Assembly (NCBI GenBank): GCA_018238155.1
Contig: JABCTZ010000046.1
Location: forward strand, 128,001-192,000
Origin: Candidatus Heimdallarchaeota archaeon
Lineage (GTDB): Archaea > Asgardarchaeota > Heimdallarchaeia > JABLTI01
Direction: 5' to 3'
Length of the DNA stretch: 64,000 nt
Shown in pieces: positions 7,601 through 18,369 of this stretch. Within the stretch, counting starts at the first letter, position 1; each line of letters begins with the position of its first letter. Made by a program: the position numbers and the translations under genes. The notes beneath the pieces are model-generated. The model ran no database searches. It worked only from the letters and a program-made list of their open reading frames with translations, and was not told where the DNA came from.

Positions 7601-9523
7601 TTAATATTTCAGATTCTTACTATCTTCTTTATAGTAATACATTTTCAGAGAGAAGTTTATTATAACGCTAATGATTTTAATAATTCCAATACCCCAAAAA
7701 CAAGCAATAATAAAGGCAGTGATACCCGCTATCCAACTTGCACCTGCTTCTTGAGATAGAGCCAATAAACCAATACAGACATTATTGCTTACATGAATAA
7801 ATATTGCCGATTCTATACCATATTTTACAAATGCATAGCTTAGAATTAAACCTGCTACTCCTGCTTGAAAGATTTTCCATGCACCCCAGCTTCCTGTCCA
7901 TTTCTCCCAATGTGCAAATCCAAATAAGGTTGATGAAATAATTATTAGTGTCCATTCTGGATAACTAATTTTTTTATATTTACCCCTAATTGCAAGTGGA
8001 ATATCCCATATTTTGATTTTGGCAGGAAAGCTTTTCTCAGTTTTCGTTAATACTTCCATCCGATCATCAGCTATTCGTGATTTAGGTTCTAAATTCTTAT
8101 TTTGTTGCATTAAATATCTGATTAGCATAATGAAGATCATTGGTATTCCAATAATAAATATACGGAAGCTTATTTCCTCTGAAATACCTGCCCAAGCCAA
8201 TAAGAGTACACTAATGAAAGGATTGATAGGTTCTCCTGATGCTGGAGTTCCATTATCTCCGCCGATAAATGGTGATAAAATAAAAATGATAATTACTGAT
8301 AGAACAAAGGAAAGCCCAAGTAGTTCTACAGAACCAACTACTGGATTATTTTTTAGAATATAGAATAAGCTATTTAATTGTCCTTTTCTCTTTTCAAACA
8401 CAGATAATTTAACACCTGATTCTTCAGGAAAATTTTTCTCTTGTTCTAATTCTATATCTATCGATTTTTCACTTGAATGAACATCAGGAGTTACTTCATC
8501 TGAAATTTTTCTCTTCTTTTGAAATTTCTTATATAATCTTATTGATGTTGGTAAAACCATTGATACAACACAAAGTAAAAATACTGTAGTAATAATAGAC
8601 ATCAACGCAACTATTTTGAAATCGACTATTGGTATTTTTATCATAACAAATAGCCAAAATGGTATTGAACCATTAATACGTGTAGAGGGATTATAAAAAA
8701 TCCATGAACCAATACTGAGTACGATTAATACTGCTAAAATAGACGAAAACCCAACGAATAGATATCTCAAAGTATAATAAAACCCTTTCCAAGCATTTCC
8801 TTCAGGTCGATATTTTATTAGCGATATACCTATAATAAATGTACCAATAATCGATGGGATAAATATTGCAATCAAGAACCCATAATAACTGGCTTTACTC
8901 TCGCTTGGTACCACATCATCAACACTCGCTACAATCATAAATAGAATCAAGCTTATAAATCCAGAAAAAATCAAAAGAGCTCCAATAACAGTTCCTATTG
9001 TGTTATATGTTTGATATTTTGATAATCTCTTTTGTTCTTGGAGTTTTTGGAAATTCACAGGAGGTGGTGCTACATAGTATCTTTGTGAATCAACAATCGG
9101 ATGTCCACTCGCAGGCAGAGATATAGAGGTATTACCTGATGTCTGTTGAATTCTTGGGATGTTTTGTTTCAAAACCCCACCACATTTTGAACAAAAGGAA
9201 TTATAAACAGGCATTTCAGCATTACATTGTTGACAAAAAACCTTCTGAACGAAAGGGGCACCACAGCTTTTGCAAAAAAGATTTGATTTAGGGTTTTCCT
9301 CTCCACAACTTGAACAAGTAATTTTTGGTGGTTTATCATTTTCTGTTTGAATCTCATCTTGAGATTTCTCTTGTACCTCTTCTTCCGTGTTCTCGTCCCC
9401 TAAAATTCCTTCATTATTTTGTTCCTTATCATTAGACACAAATGTACACTCCCAATTTTTGGATAACTCATTATTTAAAGATACAATAATCTCATTGGTA
9501 AACCATATATTAAACCATTTCAT
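7601..9523 (-). CDS. Double zinc-ribbon plus CPBP (Abi/CAAX protease) family intramembrane metalloprotease
   Basis: Four CxxC pairs at the N-terminus, multiple TMs, EEISFR, FGFAH, HVSNN. Likely start GTG 9439. Confidence 0.85.
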   Translation of the reverse strand: MKWFNIWFTNEIIVSLNNELSKNWECTFVSNDKEQNNEGILGDENTEEEVQEKSQDEIQTENDKPPKITCSSCGEENPKSNLFCKSCGAPFVQKVFCQQCNAEMPVYNSFCSKCGGVLKQNIPRIQQTSGNTSISLPASGHPIVDSQRYYVAPPPVNFQKLQEQKRLSKYQTYNTIGTVIGALLIFSGFISLILFMIVASVDDVVPSESKASYYGFLIAIFIPSIIGTFIIGISLIKYRPEGNAWKGFYYTLRYLFVGFSSILAVLIVLSIGSWIFYNPSTRINGSIPFWLFVMIKIPIVDFKIVALMSIITTVFLLCVVSMVLPTSIRLYKKFQKKRKISDEVTPDVHSSEKSIDIELEQEKNFPEESGVKLSVFEKRKGQLNSLFYILKNNPVVGSVELLGLSFVLSVIIIFILSPFIGGDNGTPASGEPINPFISVLLLAWAGISEEISFRIFIIGIPMIFIMLIRYLMQQNKNLEPKSRIADDRMEVLTKTEKSFPAKIKIWDIPLAIRGKYKKISYPEWTLIIISSTLFGFAHWEKWTGSWGAWKIFQAGVAGLILSYAFVKYGIESAIFIHVSNNVCIGLLALSQEAGASWIAGITAFIIACFWGIGIIKIISVIINFSLKMYYYKEDSKNLKY

Positions 9524-9590
9524 TCAAACTAAAATTTAGTAGAAAAAAGTAATATATGACCAACAATTAGCATTTATCAAAAAGATAACA

Positions 9591-11504
9591 TTAAGTATCA
9601 ATAGACATTGGTAATTCTACAGTAATTTTGATTCCCATACTAGGATTACTAGAATCTCTATCTTTTACAGAAATAAATCCATTATAACTTTCAACTATTT
9701 CTTTTACCAATGTTAATCCAAAACCAGAACCATGAACTGTTCCTTTGCTACGAGCATATCTATCGAATAAATTCTTCTTTAACTCATCATCTATACCCGA
9801 GCCGTTATCTGAAAAAACTATCTTCCAATAATCGATATTTTCTTCACTTTTTTGAATAGTTACTTCAACATTGGCTTCTGGGTTCTTATCATATCTTACC
9901 GCATTGTCAAGAATATTGAAAAAGATATCCTCCAACCAATCATTTGCAATAGTTAGGTATTTTCCTTGTTTCATATTATGTTCAATATTTATCGTGCGAG
10001 GTTCAAATTTTAAATTTATTTTTTCTATTGCTTTCATGTATGGATTATAAAGATCAATTGAATAAAGATCGTAATCCGTCCTTCTAGTTTTGAAAAATTT
10101 GTCAATATTTGAAATGAGTTCACCTATTCGCAGAATTTCCAAACGACCTCTATTTTGTTTTCGAATTGATTCTTCAGGAGAAGCTGATTCAACCATAGAT
10201 AAATCAATTTGCAGGACAGCGTTTTGGCATAAATTTCTAACGTCATGAAATAACAAATCACTATAGAATTCAAGCTGATTTTTTTCATCACGCAATTTAT
10301 TAATGAGCTTTCTCAAATCATCATTTGGTTCAAGAAAGAGAAGCATTCCTGATTTCTGACTGTAATTTTGAGAAAACGCTCTAATATTAAATCCAATTGG
10401 CATTCTGTCTTTACGAATACAAACGATTTCACTAACGAAATTTCTTTTTGCGATATTACAACGATTTATTTCACTAGTTAGTGATTTAACAGCACTTTTC
10501 GTTTGAAAGAGGATTCCAAGGTCCTTTCCAATTATTTCTTCTTTCTCATAATGCAAAATTTCTTTCACATAATCGTTTATCCAATTTATTTTATTATTCG
10601 TAACTTGAATGAGAATTATTTCTATGTTACTTAAAATTGAATCATAGAAATTTAGTTTTGTTTCATTTTTCACTTCTTTGGCAATGCTTTCAGTCACATC
10701 TGTGAAATAAATAAGCATCCCTTGAGAGAGATTATTTTTATTAATTGCACGAACATTGATTTTTGCTTGAAATTTGTTTTTTCTATTTCCTTGTAACGTA
10801 GAATAGAATTCGATAGTTCCTTTTTTCTTAAGTGATTTTTTGCATTTAAATAAAAATTTTGCAAAATCATTTTGATTTGAAAACAGAAAACCTATCGGTT
10901 TATTCACAACACTTTCTTCTGAATAATAAAAAAACTCACACCAATTTTTGGTGGCCCAAATGATTTGATGGTTCTTAGTATAAAGAAGAGGTTGAGCGTT
11001 TAGCTCTATTAATCCTTTTAAAAGAGATTCATCTGTGGATGAATCATCACCTTTATCTTGTTCCTTTGAAATATCGAATTCAATCAAAAAATAACCTATT
11101 TGTTCATCAGTTTTCGTGTTAACGAAATTGTGAGCTATTCCACACATCCATTTGAGTTCTCCATTTGGATTGAAAATGCGGTAATTATAAGTATCAGTAA
11201 AATCAGATTTCTTAAAAGTAGATAATTTCTTCTTCGCTTTTTCACGATCATCAGGGTGAATATATCCGAATGTATTAAGATATTTGAAATCATCAAATGT
11301 ATAACCGATTACTTTCTCAGAATTCTTTGAAGTATAAAGTAATTCATTTTTCATATCTATGAGAGAGATTCTTACATTGAAGATATTTAGAATGTTCTCT
11401 GTTAGGCGCATGATTTCAGAAACATCTGATAGTTTTGAATTAAGATTATTGACATCATTATGAGATCTAGAAGTCTCAGATTCATTATTATCCCCTAACG
11501 GCAT
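9591..11504 (-). CDS. Cytoplasmic multi-PAS sensor histidine kinase
   Basis: PAS motif IHPDD; H-box LFHDVRN; N-box NILDNAVRY; G boxes DNGSGI and GSGFGL. Confidence 0.92.
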   Translation of the reverse strand: MPLGDNNESETSRSHNDVNNLNSKLSDVSEIMRLTENILNIFNVRISLIDMKNELLYTSKNSEKVIGYTFDDFKYLNTFGYIHPDDREKAKKKLSTFKKSDFTDTYNYRIFNPNGELKWMCGIAHNFVNTKTDEQIGYFLIEFDISKEQDKGDDSSTDESLLKGLIELNAQPLLYTKNHQIIWATKNWCEFFYYSEESVVNKPIGFLFSNQNDFAKFLFKCKKSLKKKGTIEFYSTLQGNRKNKFQAKINVRAINKNNLSQGMLIYFTDVTESIAKEVKNETKLNFYDSILSNIEIILIQVTNNKINWINDYVKEILHYEKEEIIGKDLGILFQTKSAVKSLTSEINRCNIAKRNFVSEIVCIRKDRMPIGFNIRAFSQNYSQKSGMLLFLEPNDDLRKLINKLRDEKNQLEFYSDLLFHDVRNLCQNAVLQIDLSMVESASPEESIRKQNRGRLEILRIGELISNIDKFFKTRRTDYDLYSIDLYNPYMKAIEKINLKFEPRTINIEHNMKQGKYLTIANDWLEDIFFNILDNAVRYDKNPEANVEVTIQKSEENIDYWKIVFSDNGSGIDDELKKNLFDRYARSKGTVHGSGFGLTLVKEIVESYNGFISVKDRDSSNPSMGIKITVELPMSIDT

Positions 11505-11791
11505 TTAAATTTCATACCTCACTATTATTACTTAATCATATACATTCGCAATGTTTACATATTTTGTTAACTCTGATAATTATTTAACTTTTCTTTCACA
11601 TTTTACTGTGTAGTAATAAAGAGAAATTATTTTACTATGAAAATTTCAAATATTATTATTTAATAATAATCTATTTAAGGAGATTTGAATCATTTAGTTA
11701 TATTAAAAAACGAAGAAAGCATTAACAAACTAAGATAACTTTAGGTTTCTAGCTATAGCGAATTTAGCTGTCTATTACAGAGGTGTAACAG

Positions 11792-12778
11792 ATGAGTATA
11801 AAAAACGAATTGATTTACGTAGATGGTTTAACTAAAACTTTTGGTGTTTCGAATTCACAAAATGTTATCGCTTTAAACAATATCACTTTTAATTTGTCAC
11901 AAGGAGCTAATTCAATTCTTGGACCAAATGGTGCAGGTAAGAGTACCCTCATCAAAGTATTATTAGGATATATTAAAGCTGATTCTGGCGAAGCCCAAGT
12001 TCTAGGTTACGATATAAAATCAGAAGGAAGAAAAATAAAAGAGTTCATTGGGTACATGCCAGAACATTATACTCTTATACCAGGTGTAAACGCTGTTAAG
12101 CAAGTTTCTCTTCTAGGGAAAATCGCAGGTTTACCAGCTGCTGAAGCAATGCAAAGAGCGCATGAAACGTTACAATATGTAGGATTAGATGAAGCAAGAT
12201 ATCGAAAAGTAAATGAATTTTCTACTGGAATGCTTCAAAGATTGAAACTAGCTCAAGCTTTAGTTAACGACCCTGAATTACTAATTTTAGACGAGCCTAC
12301 AAATGGCTTAGATCCTAGAGGACGAATTGAAATGATCGATCTTATTCGTGAAATTAGTCAAGACCATTCAATCAATCTACTTGTATCTTCACATCTTTTA
12401 CCAGATATAGAAGCAACTTGTGAGTTTGCAACTATCTTGGATAAAGGACATCTTATAACACAAGGAAGAATTGAAGACTTAACAGGTCAAGAAGCAGGAT
12501 ATTCTGATAGTCGAAAGATGAATGTCCAAATAAAAGGTTCATTAAATGATTTCCTAGTTGGTCTTAAAAAACACGGACTATCATTTGAAATAATTGATAA
12601 AATAGTCCAGATTCCATATAAAGAAAAATCACCTGCAGAAATCATTTTACAAGTAGCTTATGAAGCTAACATACAAATTCGTTCAATGACGCCTAGAAAA
12701 GCAATTTTGGAAGATGTATTTGTACATCAGATTGAAGGAGCTGAAAATATGCAAGCAACAGGAGGAAAAACTAAATGA
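11792..12778 (+). CDS. ABC-2 type transporter ATP-binding protein
   Basis: GPNGAGKS, FSTGM, LDEPTNGLD, SSH. Confidence 0.95.
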   Translation: MSIKNELIYVDGLTKTFGVSNSQNVIALNNITFNLSQGANSILGPNGAGKSTLIKVLLGYIKADSGEAQVLGYDIKSEGRKIKEFIGYMPEHYTLIPGVNAVKQVSLLGKIAGLPAAEAMQRAHETLQYVGLDEARYRKVNEFSTGMLQRLKLAQALVNDPELLILDEPTNGLDPRGRIEMIDLIREISQDHSINLLVSSHLLPDIEATCEFATILDKGHLITQGRIEDLTGQEAGYSDSRKMNVQIKGSLNDFLVGLKKHGLSFEIIDKIVQIPYKEKSPAEIILQVAYEANIQIRSMTPRKAILEDVFVHQIEGAENMQATGGKTK

Positions 12779-13692
12779 GTGTCTTCGACCGTAGCTATAG
12801 ATCGTATGAAGGTGAATTAAAAGGAAGATGGTATAAAATTTGGGCAATAGCAAAAAGTACTTTTCGAGTGCAATTTTCCGGGAAAAAAGCTATTTTCCTC
12901 ATGATCTTTTGCAATTTACCTGTTCTTGCATTTACTCTAATGCTGGTTTTTATGGCGATTTTTATTCCGGCAGGAGTAGGAAATATGGTTTTAGGCGGTC
13001 TCTTTGAATCTCTTGATCTAGCACTCTATCTGATAATTATGTTTTCATTTAATGCCGGTTCAATCTTTATGCCAACAGTTTTTATTGCAGCATTAAATTC
13101 TGGTACGATTGCTAATGATAAGAAACATAATGCTTTAGCTTTGTATATGGCTAAACCAATAGACAGACTTGATTATGGTTTAGGAAAGTTCATTTCAGTT
13201 CTTATGGTATCTTCATTTGTTACCTATATACCTTGGTTTATGTTTATGGTTTCTTTCACACTTCTTGCAGGAGTTTCTGGAGCTGAATTCATTCAAACAA
13301 TCTGGGTATATTTTGCAGCATTTGGAGCAGCAATGGTTATAAATTTCTTCTTCGGATCAATCACACTTTTATTTTCTTCAATGACAAAACAAAGCATTCT
13401 CGGTGGAATTTTGATGATTTTGATTATTTTTCTACCATCGATTATTTTAAGTTCAGTAAATATGGTCTTTGAACAAAACTGGTTGAATTATTTCTCAGTT
13501 TCATCGCTTATTGCGTCAACTGTCTATGTTATATTTGGAAAACCATCCGCAGGGGCGTTTTTGGGTGAAGCATCAAATTTCTTTGGTTTCAATATCAATG
13601 GTTGGATTTCATTAACCATACTCCTAGTGATATCAATTATCGCTTTACTACTAACACTTAGAAATTTGTACAAGGAGGATATCAGTGGATGA
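12775..13692 (+). CDS. ABC-2 type transporter permease
   Basis: About 6 TMs; LALYMAKPIDRLDYGLGK motif; ATGA overlap with the upstream ATPase. Confidence 0.9.
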   Translation: MSVFDRSYRSYEGELKGRWYKIWAIAKSTFRVQFSGKKAIFLMIFCNLPVLAFTLMLVFMAIFIPAGVGNMVLGGLFESLDLALYLIIMFSFNAGSIFMPTVFIAALNSGTIANDKKHNALALYMAKPIDRLDYGLGKFISVLMVSSFVTYIPWFMFMVSFTLLAGVSGAEFIQTIWVYFAAFGAAMVINFFFGSITLLFSSMTKQSILGGILMILIIFLPSIILSSVNMVFEQNWLNYFSVSSLIASTVYVIFGKPSAGAFLGEASNFFGFNINGWISLTILLVISIIALLLTLRNLYKEDISG

Positions 13693-14627
13693 AAAGTTAC
13701 TTTATTGAGACCTATGATTTAAACAAATGGTACAAAGAAGTTATGGCTTTGAATAAATTAACCATCAAAATTGATCGTGGCATTGTTGGATTGCTTGGAC
13801 CAAATGGTGCAGGAAAATCAACTTTCTTGAATATTGCCACAGCTCAACTCCGTCAAAGCTCTGGTGAAATTTACATAGAGGGACAAGAAGTCTGGAATAA
13901 CCCTGACATACTCAAAAATATCGGTTTCTGTCCGGAACAAGAAAAACTCTTTGAATGGATGACAGGTAGAAAATTTGTTCGTGAACTTGCTCAAATAAGT
14001 GGTATTCCTCGTGAAGTTGCTAATCAAGCAGCAATTGAAGTGATTCAACTTGTTGGCTTAAAAGATGCTATGGATAGACCAATTTCAGGCTATTCAAAAG
14101 GGATGAGACAAAGAATAAAGATTGCCCAAGCAATTGTTCATGACCCACAAATTTTGTTTCTTGATGAACCTTTGCAATCAACGGATCCAATTGTTCGAAG
14201 AGAACTAGTTACTTTGATTCAAAAACTTGGCAGAGAATACGGAAAGGATATCTTAATTTCAAGCCATATTCTCCACGAAGTTGAACGAGTAACATCCAAT
14301 ATTTTACTAGTTTATGCTGGACGAGCTATCGCTCAAGGCAACCTTAGTGAAATAAGGGATTTAATGGATAAATTTCCTCACACTATTCGAATTAAAACCA
14401 AAAAACGAAAAGAATTAGCCCAGATATTATTTGATTATGATTATATTATAAGTATAGAATTGGACCATCTATCTGATGATTACATGAAAGTTCGGACAAA
14501 GAAACCAGACGATTTTTATCAAATGATAACAAAAATCGCTATTGAATCAAAAATAGATATTACAGAAATAGATAGTCCAGATGCTAATCTTGAGTCAGTT
14601 TTCTCGTATCTGACTAGAAAATGGTAA
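13689..14627 (+). CDS. ABC-2 type transporter ATP-binding protein
   Basis: GPNGAGKS, YSKGM, LDEP, SSH. Confidence 0.95.
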   Translation: MKSYFIETYDLNKWYKEVMALNKLTIKIDRGIVGLLGPNGAGKSTFLNIATAQLRQSSGEIYIEGQEVWNNPDILKNIGFCPEQEKLFEWMTGRKFVRELAQISGIPREVANQAAIEVIQLVGLKDAMDRPISGYSKGMRQRIKIAQAIVHDPQILFLDEPLQSTDPIVRRELVTLIQKLGREYGKDILISSHILHEVERVTSNILLVYAGRAIAQGNLSEIRDLMDKFPHTIRIKTKKRKELAQILFDYDYIISIELDHLSDDYMKVRTKKPDDFYQMITKIAIESKIDITEIDSPDANLESVFSYLTRKW

Positions 14628-14645
14628 AATCAAGGAGGACAAAAA

Positions 14646-16376
14646 ATGGAAGAAATATATTCAAAACTAACACAATATGAGAAAAAAAGTAATTGGTCAT
14701 CAAGGTTTAGTTCTATTTATCGTTTATATTTAGCCAAGCTTTGGGCTGTGCTCGTAAAAGACAAAAAAACATGGATATTCAATACTCTTATGATCTTACC
14801 GGTCATAACAGGACCAATTATAGCACTATTCACTAGAGATTCCATCCCCTATTATGATTTCTTTTCAATCTATTCAGACATCATGTTTGTTGGATATTTT
14901 GGTTTGATAATACCATTATTTACTATGTATATTGCTTCTATGATGTTCAATGATGAACTAAATGATAGAACGCTTACATATCTCACTACGCGACCGATTC
15001 ATAGATTTGAATTGATTGTAGTAAAATATTTATCATTTCTAACTATTGTTCCAATATTTACTGCTTTAACAACAGGGTTAGTTTATCTTTCCTTTGGGAT
15101 TTTTGGTGGTTTCCGATATTGGCAGGCAGCACTCTGGTATTTCCTAGCAGCAATAATCGCTTCAATAGTTTATGGGGCATTCTTTATGTTTATTGGATTA
15201 TTATTCAAAAACCCACTCTGGTTTGGTTTATTCTTTGTCTTTATTTGGGAATTCGTTCTTGCTAGTTTTTCCCAAACACTGAATAGTATTACTATTGCAT
15301 ATTATATTAAATCGCTAATTGTTTATGATATCCACCCCGATGTTCCGTTTGAAGAATCACCGGTAATATTTACAGGAAATCAAGCTGACACTTTTTCATT
15401 TTTAGGTAATCCTGCAAATGCACTAACTTTTTCCTTAGTTCTTACTGTAATTGTTATCGTATCTCTTACACTAGCTTGGTCACGACTTCAAGGAGATAAA
15501 TTCAAAGTTCCATATAAAGCCGGACGAAGACCTGGTGGCTGGAAATATTATCTCAAAGAAATTAGATCGTTCCTAATAACCTTTGGAATTATGTTTATCA
15601 CCATTGGCTTAATTATTGGACCTGTTAATGGAATAACAAAATCTGTTCGAAAAAACATTAACACCTCATTAAGTGTTTCTGATTATCCAGATTGGGATCG
15701 AGGAGTATCCCCAAATTTAAATGATATGGGTTTTGCTAGTAAAAATTCCTTTACCTTTTCAAAAGGAGATACGTTATCCGTTCGATCGACGAAAAATCAT
15801 GCATCAATCTTGACCCATCAAATTTATTCTATTTTTATTGAGAAAGAAATCTTTGATGATTTTGTTATAGAAACTCAAGAACTTTGGTCGGATTATCAAA
15901 AAAATTATTTTAATGCTGGTGGATATGAGGGCTCGTATTTTCCAAATCTTATAATGAATTTTTCCATTTTAGCTAATAATATTGTTAATAAAGCAGAAAG
16001 AAATGTTCTATTAAATAATATAAGTACACCACAAACGTTTGACTTTACAAGTACACAACGTGGAACATACTATATTGTTGCAATTGTAACAGATTTTAAC
16101 ACAACAGCATCTTTCAATTTCAATGCACAAGTTAATTTTGATATTAGTGGAGAAGCTCATCGAACAACAGGATATACTTTTGGATGGATATTATTTGGTT
16201 CTGGTTTAGTAATCGGTGGTATTTCCATTTATTCATTAGCTACTTATTCAAGTGCAGATGAAATAAAAAGATATGAAGAACAGCTAAAGATAGTTTCTTC
16301 TAAAGTAGAAGAATCTCAGAATTTTGCTGAAGATAACGAAGAGCAATTGGAAAAAGAAGCACCTCCAATAAAATAA
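14646..16376 (+). CDS. ABC-2 type permease with an extra TM / extracellular / TM C-terminal module
   Basis: RTLTYLTTRPIHRFELIVVKY permease motif, followed by an extra ~280 aa including a beta-rich segment between two TMs. Confidence 0.85.
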   Translation: MEEIYSKLTQYEKKSNWSSRFSSIYRLYLAKLWAVLVKDKKTWIFNTLMILPVITGPIIALFTRDSIPYYDFFSIYSDIMFVGYFGLIIPLFTMYIASMMFNDELNDRTLTYLTTRPIHRFELIVVKYLSFLTIVPIFTALTTGLVYLSFGIFGGFRYWQAALWYFLAAIIASIVYGAFFMFIGLLFKNPLWFGLFFVFIWEFVLASFSQTLNSITIAYYIKSLIVYDIHPDVPFEESPVIFTGNQADTFSFLGNPANALTFSLVLTVIVIVSLTLAWSRLQGDKFKVPYKAGRRPGGWKYYLKEIRSFLITFGIMFITIGLIIGPVNGITKSVRKNINTSLSVSDYPDWDRGVSPNLNDMGFASKNSFTFSKGDTLSVRSTKNHASILTHQIYSIFIEKEIFDDFVIETQELWSDYQKNYFNAGGYEGSYFPNLIMNFSILANNIVNKAERNVLLNNISTPQTFDFTSTQRGTYYIVAIVTDFNTTASFNFNAQVNFDISGEAHRTTGYTFGWILFGSGLVIGGISIYSLATYSSADEIKRYEEQLKIVSSKVEESQNFAEDNEEQLEKEAPPIK

Positions 16377-16395
16377 ATAACAAAATACAATAATA

Positions 16396-16431
16396 TATCA
16401 AGGTTGAATCCTTGATAATAATCTCTTTTTT
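16396..16431 (+). terminator. Hairpin plus T-tract after the ABC operon
   Basis: TATCAAGG/CCTTGATA stem followed by CTCTTTTTTT. Confidence 0.5.
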
Positions 16432-16573
16432 TGCAAATTGAACTTTGTTGCAATTTATTCATAGAAATATTGGTTATGAACCTCATTGATTTGAACAGTT
16501 TGTCTAATAGATGGAAAGATTTTTGATAAAGTGTTTAATATTATTAAGTAATTCTAACAAGAGGTAAATAATA

Positions 16574-17017
16574 ATGATTGATGAAAAAGATAGATTGATT
16601 TTAGAAGAATTGCATAAAGATGCTCGAACTCCTACAAAAAGAATAGCTCAAAATCTTGATATCCCTCGAGTTACGGTTCATACGCGTATTGAGAAAATGA
16701 AAAAAGAGGGTGTAATTCTTGGATTTACTGTTAGAACTGATTATATAAAAATTGGTTTGCCTGTTACTGCTTTTGTATTTGTGTCTTTTTCATCACAGGA
16801 AAATTTCACTCAGCGAGAAGTAGCAGAACTAATAGCTAAAATAAACAATGTTTTTGAAGTCCATCTCATTTCTGGTGAGTGGGATATTTTAGTGAAAATA
16901 CGAGGAGAATCATTGGATGGAATAGGTAAAACTGTTATAAATGAAATCCGACCTCTTGAAGGAGTATCAAAAACAATCACCTGTCCCTCTTTCGCAAATG
17001 TTAAAAATGGTGTCTAA
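16574..17017 (+). CDS. Lrp/AsnC family transcriptional regulator
   Basis: DEKDRLILEELHKDART HTH; VHLISGEWDILVKI RAM domain. Confidence 0.95.
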   Translation: MIDEKDRLILEELHKDARTPTKRIAQNLDIPRVTVHTRIEKMKKEGVILGFTVRTDYIKIGLPVTAFVFVSFSSQENFTQREVAELIAKINNVFEVHLISGEWDILVKIRGESLDGIGKTVINEIRPLEGVSKTITCPSFANVKNGV

Positions 17018-17040
17018 GAAGAAGAGTTAGAGAAAGCATC

Positions 17041-18279
17041 CTAATTCTTTTGGAAATTAATGAAAAGTTGGGCAAAAACAGTAGCAGCTGGAACCAAACT
17101 ATCTATTTCAACGAATTCACCTGCTGCGTGGAGATTCCCACCACGAGGACCAAATATTACTGTTGGAATATTACCTTCTCCCATGAAGGTATTAGCATCA
17201 GTTATCATTTTGGAATATGTAGTATAGGGTTCTTTTTTGAAAATGCTAATAAATGATTCTTCTAAAGATTTGAAAAGCGGATGATCCTTAGCAATTTTGT
17301 AAGGGAGATAGAAAGGTGGAATGACCTCAATTGAAACATTTGATTTAAGTTGCATTTGCTTGATAAACTGGTTAAAGTCTTCTTTAACTGACTCTTTTGT
17401 TTCTCCTGGAACCGTCAAGCGATTTAATTCAAAGTTGCAATGTTCAGGAACAACAACAGAATAGGTTTTGTAACCACCTTCGATTTTCAAAACACAAAAT
17501 GATCCTTGCCCAAAATCCTCCTCTATTGGTAATGGAAATTTCTTAATTGAGGGGTTCTCACCTATGATATCCATTGCAGCTAGAATTCGAGATGCATCCG
17601 TTACAGCATTTACTCCTTTTTCTGGAGTAAAAGCATGAGCAGATTTACCAATAACAGTGATTTTATACAGAACTTTCCCAGTCATTCCTAAAGGTAGGCC
17701 ATTATCAGGCGAATGTCCAAAACAAGGTTCTGAGATAACAATCCCCTCTGTAGCCCCCTTGCCGAAATTAGAATTGCCAAGCATTTTCTTTGCACCTGTG
17801 CCATATCCTTCTTCATCTACAACTGCAGTAAAATGAATGGTACCTTGCAAATTCAAATCGGATTCAATTAACGCCTTAACTGCAGCAAGTTGACAAGCTA
17901 AACCGCCTTTCATATCAACAGAACCTAATCCATAGAGCTTGCCTGATTTTTCTGTTGGTTGAAATGGATCTGTGCTCCACCCTGTACAAATATCTACAGT
18001 ATCTAAATGACCATTTAGAGTCAGTGTTTTTCCTTTTGAATGAAAATTATATTCAGCATAAATATTTTCTCTATTTTGAGATACCTCTTCAAGTTCAACA
18101 TGCATACCTAATTTCTTTATTTCATCAAATAGAAAATGAGCTAAATTTGATTCTTGTCCAAGTATTGAATTAATCTTTATCATTTCTTTTAGAAGTGAAA
18201 AGAGATATTGTTTGTCAATTACTATTGATTCAAATTCAGTCAAGTCAAAATCCTCTAAATAAGAGAATAATATGAACAT
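17041..18279 (-). CDS. M20 family metallopeptidase/deacylase (ArgE/DapE-like)
   Basis: NGHLDTV, GLGSVDMKGG, DEE, SEP, GKSAHA, LHAAGE. Likely start TTG 18243. Confidence 0.92.
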   Translation of the reverse strand: MFILFSYLEDFDLTEFESIVIDKQYLFSLLKEMIKINSILGQESNLAHFLFDEIKKLGMHVELEEVSQNRENIYAEYNFHSKGKTLTLNGHLDTVDICTGWSTDPFQPTEKSGKLYGLGSVDMKGGLACQLAAVKALIESDLNLQGTIHFTAVVDEEGYGTGAKKMLGNSNFGKGATEGIVISEPCFGHSPDNGLPLGMTGKVLYKITVIGKSAHAFTPEKGVNAVTDASRILAAMDIIGENPSIKKFPLPIEEDFGQGSFCVLKIEGGYKTYSVVVPEHCNFELNRLTVPGETKESVKEDFNQFIKQMQLKSNVSIEVIPPFYLPYKIAKDHPLFKSLEESFISIFKKEPYTTYSKMITDANTFMGEGNIPTVIFGPRGGNLHAAGEFVEIDSLVPAATVFAQLFINFQKN

Positions 18280-18303
18280 CAGTTAAAAAAATTGTTGAAA
18301 CTT

Positions 18304-18340
18304 GAAATTAAAAAGAGGCTGGTAAAGAGAAATTACCAGC
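18304..18340 (-). terminator. Hairpin plus T-tract after the MFS gene
   Basis: GCTGGTAA/TTACCAGC stem at 18318-18340, followed on the minus strand by CTCTTTTTAATTTC. Confidence 0.5.
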
Positions 18341-18369
18341 TAATCACTATTCAATTGAGTAGTACTAAA

